From: Actinomycetes bacterium
GTDB lineage: Bacteria; Actinomycetota; Acidimicrobiia; Acidimicrobiales; Bog-793
Length of the DNA: 49,366 bases
Direction: 5' to 3'
Assembly: GCA_021798745.1 (NCBI GenBank)
Contig: JAJZBW010000002.1
Location: forward strand, 1 to 49,366
Within the stretch, counting starts at the first letter, position 1, and each line of letters begins with the position of its first letter. Shown here piece by piece: positions 15,807 to 23,456 of the stretch. Both the position numbers and the translations under genes were made by a program. The notes below the pieces were generated by a model, which did no database searches, was not told the origin of the DNA, and worked only from the letters and a program-made list of their open reading frames with translations.

Positions 15807-18800
15807 ATGAAGGGCCCGTGCACCCGCGTGACTCTGCGGCGAGCCTTCGCGGTCGTCGTCGGCGTGGCGGGCGCAGCCTGCCTCCTCGCGGTCCTCGGTT
15901 CCGCACCCGCGGCGGCGTCGGAGGTCTGCGGGACGACGACCGTCGCGTCCGCGTACAACGGCGCGTGCGCGACGTTCGAGGGAGTGTCCGGCTGGTTCGG
16001 CACCTACGGGCCGGGGTTCCCGACGGCGACCGGCTGGGCGCTCGCTGCCGGGTCACCGGCCCCGGGCCCCGGCCCCAGCCCTGCGGGCGCGTACTCGGCC
16101 GCGGTCGCGCCCGTCGGATCGGACACGGGGTCGCTTCCCGCGCTCGGGTACGCGCTCGGCGAGGCGACCGCTGCCGGCGCGTGGGCTGGCGGCGCGTCGT
16201 TCAGCGCGGACGACGCGGCGGTCGCCGCGGAGCTCCTCTACGACCACCTCGTCTGGGGAGCGCCAAGCCCGCTGCTCGCCGCCGGTGAGCTCGCCGCTTA
16301 CGACGAGCTCGAGGCGTGGTTCGCGGGCGCATCGGGAGCGACGGGGAGCCCGACGCTCGACATGAACACCACGGGAATCGGCCCCGTGCCGACTGCGGGG
16401 GCGATCTACCAGGTCCGGCTCGTGTTCCCCGGGTCGGGCGCGGCCGCCTCGGGGGTCCCAGTCACGCTCACGCTCCACGGGGGGACCTTTGCGGGTGGCG
16501 CGACGGCCGCGACGCTCACGACGGACTCGCTCGGCGACGTGAGCGCGGAGGTGTACGCGGACAGCTCCAGCACCCCGGTCACGGTCGACGCTGCCGCGTC
16601 GGTGGGCGCGCTCGGACTTCAGTTCCTCGCTACGGGCGCCGGTGACGAGGTCGTGAGCCCAGAGTCCCCCGTCACGACCTCGAACTCCGACACGATCGCC
16701 CCCTCCGGACAGCCGGCAGGTACCGGGACCGTGTCGGTGGACGAGGGCGGTGACGACGTCGCCTATCTCGGGCTCTCCGGCGGCGTCTACCAGGTCGTGG
16801 GCACGGCCGGGACGGTTGTCGCGACGCTCACGACGAACTCCTCGGGCGCAGCCGGCCCAAGCTTGCCTCTGCCGGCCGGGACCTACACGGTCCGCGAGTC
16901 GACCGCGCCGCTGGGGTACGCCCCGGGCCCGGACCAAACCGTGACCGTTCTCGACGGGGGCAACGTCACGGCGCATTTCACGGGAGCTAACGAGAACACG
17001 GCTATTCCTGCGACACTTGATGTGAACGACACGGATGAACAGACTGGCGTTCCGCTGGCATACGCCACGTTCGATATCAGATTTGATTCCCAGGGCAACG
17101 GATCGTTTGGAACTGACCTCGGGACGTGTACGACGGATGCGCAAGGCACTTGCCAGCCTCCTTCCAACGACGGAGCGAGCTTTCTTCCTGGGAAATACCT
17201 GATTTCCGAAGTCGGTCCAGCACCTGGTTACGCGGCATCTACGAGCAATTCAAATGTCATAACGCTCGAGCCCGGTGCGACGGTATCTCTCAGCATTCAG
17301 GAGCTGTTGCTCGGCTCCCTTACGGTCTCCATGACGGGGAACGACACGGCCTACTACCCGGTCGGTGGGGCGCAGTTCGAGGTGTCCGGGCCCGCTCCGT
17401 CGAACGGGCTGGCGGGGACGGTCACGGTCGGGGCGTCCGGGCCGTCGGGAGCGGTGGGAGGTCTCGAGCCGGGGATCTACACGCTCACAGAGACGAAGCA
17501 GCCGCCGGGCTACGCGGCTGTGCCTCCGTTCGACACCTCCGTGTCGCTCGGGCACGCGACGACAGTGGCGCACGTGGCGGATTCCGTCGACCCGGGGACG
17601 CTCGACGTGTACAACGTCGCGTCGGGGACGAGCGCACCCGTCGTGGGCGGAGTGTTCGACGTGCGGTACGACGCGACGGCGTCCGGCGTGTACGGAGACG
17701 ACCTCGGCGAGTGCACGACGAGCTCGATCGGGGCGTGCTCTCCCAGCTCGGGAGGGGCCATCGGGCTCCTGCCCGGGCGTTACGAGGTCACCGAGGTGTC
17801 GGCGCCGCCGGGGTACGCGCCCGGAGCGGGCGCGACGAGCCGGTACGTGGTGCTCGCGCCGGGGTCGGCGGCGGTCGTCGACTTCGCGGACCCGAGGCTC
17901 GTCGCGGTCGAGTTCGCCAAGCACCCGACGGGGAACGTCGACCCCGTCGCGCTGGACGTCGCGGGCGCGCGCCTCGTGGTGGACGCGACGGGCAGCCCGG
18001 GGGGCGCGGTCGCGACGTGCACGACGGACGGCGCGGGAACCTGCACGACGCAGCCGGCCCTCGTGCCCGGGGATAGATACTGCTGGGTCGAGACCGTCGC
18101 GCCCCCGGGCTTCGTGGCGGGCGAGAGCGGATGTCTCGTGGCCGCGTCGGGAGCGGGCACCGTCGCGGTCGCGGTCGACGAGCCGGGGGAGTTCGTGGAG
18201 GTCACCGCCGCGAAGGTCGACGCGATCGCCCCGGGGGGGGACCTGGCGGGGGCGACCCTCGACCTCTACAGGATGGTCGGCGGGAGCGGCCCTCCCGGCC
18301 CGCCGCCCCCGGCGGGCGCCCCGACGATCGCGGGGGGGACGTGGGTCGCGTCGGTCACGTCCGGGTCGTCGGGCCCGGCGGTGTTCCCGCTCGAGCTGCC
18401 CGGGTACCGGTACTGCGTGGTCGAGGGCACGCCGCCACCCGGCTACCAGGCGGACCGGGCGCCGCGGTGCACCCCGGTCCTCGCGGGCCGGACTTCCGTG
18501 CCTCCCGAGACGGCTCTCGTCACGCTCGCCGACGTCCCGCTCGTCGGTCCGGGCGCGCCCCCACCTCCGGCACCGGGCGAGTGGCCGCCGAAGCCCGACG
18601 CCCCGGCCCCGGCCCCGGCCCCGACCCCGGTCCCGGCCGGGAGCTCGGGGCCACCCGCGGTCGTGGGGACGGTGACGATCCGGGCGCACAAGTTCGACTC
18701 CCTCGCTCCTGCGAGCGCTATCGGGGGCGCGGTCTACGACCTGTACGTGGTCGGACCACCGCTCTCGAGCGTGCCGCCGGTCGAGCCGGGGGACCCCACC

Positions 18801-19553
18801 CCGCGACGGCGCGCGGGCGAGCACTGGGTCGAGCGCGGCCGGACGGACGCGGCGGGAAACCTCTCGTTCGTCGTGCCGTCCGGCCGCTCGTGGTGCCTCG
18901 TCGAGGTCTCGGCACCGCCCGACTTCGTCGCCGACCCCCGTGCGCGCTGCACGCCCGTGCTCGGGAGGGGGAGCCCTCCCGGGGAGGATCGCGTCCTTCT
19001 TCCCGAGCGACCGCGCATGGTCGACATCCAGGCGCACAAGTTCAACTCGCTCGAGCCGGACACGGGCATACCCGGGGCGGTGTACGCGGTCTTCTCCGTC
19101 GGAGGCCGCGCTCCCGGCGCGCGGCCCGCCCGGGGGTTCCCAGTCCCCCGGGGGGTGCCGGGCGGCGCGTTCTACGAGCTCGGGGTCACGGGGCGGGACG
19201 GCGAGATGGTCCTCGAGGTGCCCGCCGGGTACGCGTGGTGCTTGAAGGAGGTCCGCGCGCCGCCGGGGTACCGGTTCGACCCGGCGCTGCACTGCACGGT
19301 CCGTCTGACGGCGCGCCAGGCGGTCGCGCCGGTCGAGATAGCGCTCCCGGAGATCCCCTCGCACCTTCCGATGCCCGCCCGTCCCCCGGCCCCTCCCGCC
19401 CCGGCGCCGCCGACGCTCCCGTTCACCGGCCTCGACGTCGAGCCGATGGTCGAGCTTGCCGGGGCTCTCGCCCTCGCGGGCGCCGTGCTGCTCCTGACCG
19501 CTCGGGGCCGGGGCCGGGGCCGGGGCCGGGGCCGGAGGCGAGGGGAAGTGTGA
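15807..19553 (+). CDS. LPxTG(LPFTG)-anchored cell-wall surface protein with eight SpaA/prealbumin-like (Cna-B-type) repeats
   Basis: The signal peptide is MKGPCTRVTLRRAFAVVVGVAGAACLLAVLGSAPAAA. Eight repeats each end in the motif Y/W-x-[VLI]-x-E-x3-P-P/L-G-Y/F (YTVRESTAPLGYAP, YLISEVGPAPGYAA, YTLTETKQPPGYAA, YEVTEVSAPPGYAP, YCWVETVAPPGFVA, YCVVEGTPPPGYQA, WCLVEVSAPPDFVA, WCLKEVRAPPGYRF). Pro-rich linkers are present. The C-terminus is LPFTG, a hydrophobic helix, and an RGRGRGRGRGRRRGEV tail. Confidence 0.88.
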   Translation: MKGPCTRVTLRRAFAVVVGVAGAACLLAVLGSAPAAASEVCGTTTVASAYNGACATFEGVSGWFGTYGPGFPTATGWALAAGSPAPGPGPSPAGAYSAAVAPVGSDTGSLPALGYALGEATAAGAWAGGASFSADDAAVAAELLYDHLVWGAPSPLLAAGELAAYDELEAWFAGASGATGSPTLDMNTTGIGPVPTAGAIYQVRLVFPGSGAAASGVPVTLTLHGGTFAGGATAATLTTDSLGDVSAEVYADSSSTPVTVDAAASVGALGLQFLATGAGDEVVSPESPVTTSNSDTIAPSGQPAGTGTVSVDEGGDDVAYLGLSGGVYQVVGTAGTVVATLTTNSSGAAGPSLPLPAGTYTVRESTAPLGYAPGPDQTVTVLDGGNVTAHFTGANENTAIPATLDVNDTDEQTGVPLAYATFDIRFDSQGNGSFGTDLGTCTTDAQGTCQPPSNDGASFLPGKYLISEVGPAPGYAASTSNSNVITLEPGATVSLSIQELLLGSLTVSMTGNDTAYYPVGGAQFEVSGPAPSNGLAGTVTVGASGPSGAVGGLEPGIYTLTETKQPPGYAAVPPFDTSVSLGHATTVAHVADSVDPGTLDVYNVASGTSAPVVGGVFDVRYDATASGVYGDDLGECTTSSIGACSPSSGGAIGLLPGRYEVTEVSAPPGYAPGAGATSRYVVLAPGSAAVVDFADPRLVAVEFAKHPTGNVDPVALDVAGARLVVDATGSPGGAVATCTTDGAGTCTTQPALVPGDRYCWVETVAPPGFVAGESGCLVAASGAGTVAVAVDEPGEFVEVTAAKVDAIAPGGDLAGATLDLYRMVGGSGPPGPPPPAGAPTIAGGTWVASVTSGSSGPAVFPLELPGYRYCVVEGTPPPGYQADRAPRCTPVLAGRTSVPPETALVTLADVPLVGPGAPPPPAPGEWPPKPDAPAPAPAPTPVPAGSSGPPAVVGTVTIRAHKFDSLAPASAIGGAVYDLYVVGPPLSSVPPVEPGDPTPRRRAGEHWVERGRTDAAGNLSFVVPSGRSWCLVEVSAPPDFVADPRARCTPVLGRGSPPGEDRVLLPERPRMVDIQAHKFNSLEPDTGIPGAVYAVFSVGGRAPGARPARGFPVPRGVPGGAFYELGVTGRDGEMVLEVPAGYAWCLKEVRAPPGYRFDPALHCTVRLTARQAVAPVEIALPEIPSHLPMPARPPAPPAPAPPTLPFTGLDVEPMVELAGALALAGAVLLLTARGRGRGRGRGRRRGEV
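19504..19533 (+). repeat. (GGGGCC)5 hexanucleotide microsatellite inside the adhesin 3' end
   Basis: Read directly: five perfect GGGGCC units encode the (RG)5 part of the post-anchor tail. A related imperfect (CCCCGG)n tract at 18601-18636 encodes APAPAPTPVPA. Confidence 0.9.
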
Positions 19554-19603
19554 GGCCGCGAGGGACAGCAGGCCGATCGTCACGGCGGGAACCGTGCGAC
19601 GCG

Positions 19604-19635
19604 GCCCGGCCGGGCGATCCGTCGCCCGGCCGGGC
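19604..19635 (+). terminator. Strong GC hairpin ~50 nt after the adhesin stop
   Basis: G-CCCGGCCGGG (19604-19614) pairs with CCCGGCCGGG-C (19625-19635) as an 11-bp stem around a 10-nt loop. There is no U-tract. Confidence 0.4.
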
Positions 19636-19906
19636 GCGCGACGGCGGGGGAAGCGAGACGCCCGGGAGGGCTGCCGTCGTGGCGCGGAGGGGTCGGGGAC
19701 CCGGCGCCGGTCCGCCGCGTGGTGCAGGGGAACAACCCGTCGTGTCCCGGTGTTCGAAGCTGTGCGCCGCGGGTGGTGCGTCTCGCCCCGGGCCCGTGTC
19801 GTCGGGAGGGGACGTGGTGCACGCGCGCCCGTCGCTCGCGTCGCGCGAGCGGATCGCGCGTCGGGACGGACATCCCGGCCCGTCCGGATCGTCAGGAGGT
19901 GGGTCC

Positions 19907-20872
19907 GTGCCTGCAGTGACCGTCGAGGACATCTTGGTGCTCCCGCGGGTGGAGCGACCCGACCCCGTCGCGTCGCGCGAGCGCCCGGTGCGGTCCGTCA
20001 CGGTCGCCCCGAGCGGGTTCGAAGGAGAGGGCTTCCCCGTCCGTCGCGCCTTTGCGGGAGTGCCCCAGGGCGAGCTCGACCCGTTCGTCCACTTGGACCA
20101 GATGGGTGAGGTCGACTACGCGCCCGGAGAGCCGAAGGGCACCCCGTGGCACCCGCATCGCGGGTTCGAGACGGTGACGTACCTGATCGACGGCGTGTTC
20201 CGTCACCAGGACTCGATCGGGGGCGGAGGGCGCATCACCGACGGGGACACCCAGTGGATGACGGCGGGCGCGGGGATACTCCACATCGAGGCCCCACCGG
20301 AGGAGCTCGTCGTGTCCGGAGGGCTCTTCCACGGGGTCCAGCTCTGGGTCAACCTCCCGGCGGCGAAGAAGTGGGAGCCCCCTCGCTACCAGGACATCGG
20401 TCGGGCGAGCCAGACCCTCGTCGCGTCGCACGACGGGGGCGCGCTCGTGAGGATCATCGCGGGGACTCTCGGGGTGCACGGCGGACCGGGCGCCACGCAC
20501 ACCCCGATCACGCTCGTGCACGCGACCGTCGAGCCGGGAGCCCGCGTCGAGCTGCCCTGGCCGAGCGACCAGAACGCGCTCGTGTACGTGCTCGCGGGAT
20601 CGGGGACCGTCGGGAGCGCGGCCCACCCGGTGAGCACCGGTCGACTCGCGGTGCTCGGGGAGGGGGACCACCTCGTCGTCGGGGCGTCACAGGCCCCGGA
20701 CGCCCGTGCCCCGAAGCTCGAGGTGCTCCTCCTCGGCGGCGTACCGATCCGCGAGCCGGTCGCGTGGTACGGGCCGTTCGTGATGAACACCGAGGAGGAG
20801 CTGCGCCAGGCGTTCGACGACTACCAGAAGGGACGTCTCGGACAGGTGCCCGCGACGCACATCGGGTCGTGA
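19907..20872 (+). CDS. Pirin-family protein (bicupin)
   Basis: The translation contains HPHRGFETVTYLIDG, the metal-binding His pattern (HPH...), TQWMTAGAGILHIE and GPFVMNTEEELRQAFDDYQ. The GTG at 19907 has AGGAGG at 19894-19899. Only the last 321 codons of the 913-aa ORF-track frame are gene-like. Confidence 0.9.
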   Translation: MPAVTVEDILVLPRVERPDPVASRERPVRSVTVAPSGFEGEGFPVRRAFAGVPQGELDPFVHLDQMGEVDYAPGEPKGTPWHPHRGFETVTYLIDGVFRHQDSIGGGGRITDGDTQWMTAGAGILHIEAPPEELVVSGGLFHGVQLWVNLPAAKKWEPPRYQDIGRASQTLVASHDGGALVRIIAGTLGVHGGPGATHTPITLVHATVEPGARVELPWPSDQNALVYVLAGSGTVGSAAHPVSTGRLAVLGEGDHLVVGASQAPDARAPKLEVLLLGGVPIREPVAWYGPFVMNTEEELRQAFDDYQKGRLGQVPATHIGS

Positions 20873-20942
20873 TGGGCCCGGCGTAGGCAAGCACCGCGCA
20901 CGGTCCGTCGCGAGACCGCGCGCGCGGAGGCGACTCGGTGCG

Positions 20943-21359
20943 TCACTCCTCCGAGCACCTCGGGCAGCGTCCCTGGTAGACGATGTCGACGCCCGTCACG
21001 ACGAAGCCGTGCGCCTCGCCTGCCCCGAGCTCGGGCACGGATCCGGGAGCGGGCACGTCGCGCAGGTCTCCGCACGAGGTGCACACGAGGTGGTGGTGGG
21101 GGGTAGCGACGTTCGGGTCGTACCGCTTCGGCCCGGCGCCCGCGGACACCTCGAGCACCTCGCCCATCGAGACGAGCTCGTTCAAGGTGTTGTAGACGGT
21201 CGCGAGGCTGATCTCCGGGAGGATGTCGTGGGCGCGTCGATGGACGGTCTCGGCGCTCAGGTGCACGTGGTCTCCGTCGAGGACCTGCGCGACCGCACGC
21301 CGCTGCGGCGTGACCCGCCAGTTCCTCTCTCGAAGCCGCTCCAGGAGATCGCTGATCGT
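20943..21359 (-). CDS. Fur-family metalloregulator (5' end unresolved)
   Basis: The translation contains RVTPQRRAVAQVL, LATVYNTLNELVSMG (recognition helix), HHHLVCTSCG and the terminal CPRC (CxxC...CxxC structural Zn site). There is no in-frame ATG/GTG/TTG between the upstream gene stop (21443) and GTG 21266, so the true start is unclear. The coordinates begin at the first residue of the conserved block. Confidence 0.7.
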   Translation of the reverse strand, partial: TISDLLERLRERNWRVTPQRRAVAQVLDGDHVHLSAETVHRRAHDILPEISLATVYNTLNELVSMGEVLEVSAGAGPKRYDPNVATPHHHLVCTSCGDLRDVPAPGSVPELGAGEAHGFVVTGVDIVYQGRCPRCSEE

Positions 21360-21442
21360 CGGCCCCTCGCCGTCGGCCGGGCGCGGCCAACGCGCCCGGG
21401 TGCGCCGCGCACCTTGGAACGATTCTAGCGGGGCGCGTCCGG

Positions 21443-21880
21443 TCAGCCGGCGAGCAGGACCCCGAGGACGAGCGCGACGAGAGAGGCGAGCGCGGTGACC
21501 GCCCCGTACGCGGCGAGGCCGGCACGCGACCGGGCACGCTGGTGGAGCCAGGCTGCGAGGCCCGCCGCGAGCGCGACCGCGATCTTCGCCGCGAGCACGA
21601 CCTTCCAGGCCGTGCTCTCGTGGGACGGGTGGGTCGCGAGGACGTTCCACACCCCGGTCGCGATGAGGAGCGCGAACGCGGGCCATTCGAGCCTTCCGAA
21701 GGTCCGAGCGATCGCACGCGGGGCACCCTCCCCGAAGCCGCGCACGGTGCCGAGGAGCCCCGCGACGGTGATCTGTCCCCCGACCCACACGGATGCGGCG
21801 AGCACGTGGAGCGAGAGTCGGAGCGCCGTCATGGCCGGTGCGAGCGCGGCGAGCGTGTCCGTCGAGGGTCCCAGGGGCAC
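21443..21880 (-). CDS. Four-helix integral membrane protein (CopD/HemJ-like H-x7-W-x-GG motif)
   Basis: The 145-aa product has four hydrophobic helices. LSLHVLAASVWVGGQ resembles the CopD-family signature. It lies immediately upstream of the Fur-family gene on the same strand. Confidence 0.55.
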   Translation of the reverse strand: MPLGPSTDTLAALAPAMTALRLSLHVLAASVWVGGQITVAGLLGTVRGFGEGAPRAIARTFGRLEWPAFALLIATGVWNVLATHPSHESTAWKVVLAAKIAVALAAGLAAWLHQRARSRAGLAAYGAVTALASLVALVLGVLLAG

Positions 21881-21999
21881 GTGGGGAACCTACCAGCTCG
21901 GACCGGCCCGCCGGCCAGTGTCCCGGGTCGTGCACGGTTAGGCTCGCCCTGTCGCTCCGGTCGTGGCCGGGGCGCGCCGACCACGACCGGGAGCGCCCG

Positions 22000-23370
22000 A
22001 TGTCGACCGCCCTCAGGACGGACCGGTACGAGCTCACGATGCTCGACGCCGCCCTCCGCTCCGGCGTGGCGGGTCGCCGCGCGGTGTTCGAGGTCTTCGC
22101 CCGTTCCCTTCCTCCGGGCCGGCGGTACGGGGTCGTCGCCGGGCTCGGTCGGCTCCTCGAGGCGCTGGAGGAGTTCCGGTTCGGAGCCGAGGAGCTCGCG
22201 TGGCTCGAGAGGGAGCGCGTCGTGTCCGAGCAGGCGCTCGACTGGCTCGGCTCGTACCGTCTCTCGGCCACGGTCGACGCGTACGGAGAGGGGGAGTGCT
22301 ACTTCGCGGACAGTCCGGTGCTCACCGTGGACGCGACGCTCGGCGAGGGGCTGCTCCTCGAGACGCTCGTCCTTTCCGTGCTCAACGCGGACAGCGCGGT
22401 CGCGTCCGCGGCGGCACGGATGGTCGTCGCGGCTCGAGGTCGTGACCTCGTGGAGATGGGGTCCCGGAGGGTCCACGACGCGGCAGCGCCGGCGGTCGCG
22501 CGCGCCGCGTACCTCGCGGGCTTCTCCTCGACCTCGAACCTCGAGGCCGGGAGGAGGTTCGGAGTGCCGACGGCCGGGACGGCGTCGCACGCGTTCACGC
22601 TCGCGTACCCGAGCGAGCGGGACGCGTTCGACGCGCAGCTCGCCTCGAGCGGCCCCGCCACGACGCTCCTCGTGGACACCTTCGACGTGGAGTCCGGGGT
22701 CGAGCACGCGGTCGACGCGGCGCGCCGCGCGGGCGCCTCCGGGCCGGGGGCCGTGCGCATCGACTCGGGGGACCTCGCCTCGCTCGCTCTCTCCGCCCGC
22801 CGGCAGCTCGACCGGCTCGGTGCGAGCGCGACGCGGATCGTCGTCAGCTCGGACCTCGACGAGCACGTGCTCGAGTCGCTCGGCGGCGCACCGGTCGACG
22901 CGTACGGGGTCGGGACGAGCGTCGCGACCGGCGCAGGCGCCCCGACGGCGGGGTTCGTGTACAAGCTCGTCGCGGTCGCGCCGTCGGGCGCTCCCGGCGC
23001 GGAGCTCCACCCGGTCGCGAAGCGATCGGTCGGCAAGGCCGGTCTCGGAGGACGGAAGCTCGCCTACCGGGTCCTCGACGCCTCCGGGACGGCGCGCGGC
23101 GAGCTCCTCGCGCTCGTGGGTCGCGACCTCGACGGGCCGCTCCGTGCGGCAGCGGTTCGGGTCGCGGGGAAGGGTGCGTCGCTCCGCCCGCTGCAGCGTT
23201 CGGTGCTCCTCGCCGGGGAGCCGGTCGGGAGAGAGACGCTCGACGCGGCGCGTGCGCGTGCGCGCACCTCTATCCTCGAGCTCGACCCGGTCGCGCTCGA
23301 CGTCCGACCGGGTGATCCCGCGATGCTCGTCGAGCACGTGCAGGCTGCCGGTCCCGGGCCGAGCGGGTAG
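22000..23370 (+). CDS. pncB: Nicotinate phosphoribosyltransferase
   Basis: The MSTALRTDRYELTMLDAAL N-terminus, GTASHAF and RIDSGDL are characteristic of NAPRTase. I place the start at ATG 22000, since the ORF-track start at 21793 adds an Arg-rich leader that overlaps the divergent gene. Confidence 0.9.
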   Translation: MSTALRTDRYELTMLDAALRSGVAGRRAVFEVFARSLPPGRRYGVVAGLGRLLEALEEFRFGAEELAWLERERVVSEQALDWLGSYRLSATVDAYGEGECYFADSPVLTVDATLGEGLLLETLVLSVLNADSAVASAAARMVVAARGRDLVEMGSRRVHDAAAPAVARAAYLAGFSSTSNLEAGRRFGVPTAGTASHAFTLAYPSERDAFDAQLASSGPATTLLVDTFDVESGVEHAVDAARRAGASGPGAVRIDSGDLASLALSARRQLDRLGASATRIVVSSDLDEHVLESLGGAPVDAYGVGTSVATGAGAPTAGFVYKLVAVAPSGAPGAELHPVAKRSVGKAGLGGRKLAYRVLDASGTARGELLALVGRDLDGPLRAAAVRVAGKGASLRPLQRSVLLAGEPVGRETLDAARARARTSILELDPVALDVRPGDPAMLVEHVQAAGPGPSG

Positions 23371-23456
23371 GCCGCCGGACCCGTCCCGGGCGGCCGGTCG
23401 TGAGCGTCCGTGCGGGCGAGCGCGAACCGGGGCGCGGCTCTCCGGGCAGAGGGTTC

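Noticed and set aside
20943-22271. The 442-aa ORF-track version of the Fur-family gene.
   Set aside because: Everything upstream of ~21360 is Arg-rich low complexity and overlaps the well-formed 4-TM membrane-protein gene (21443-21880) in another frame. Only the C-terminal ~140 aa is Fur-like.
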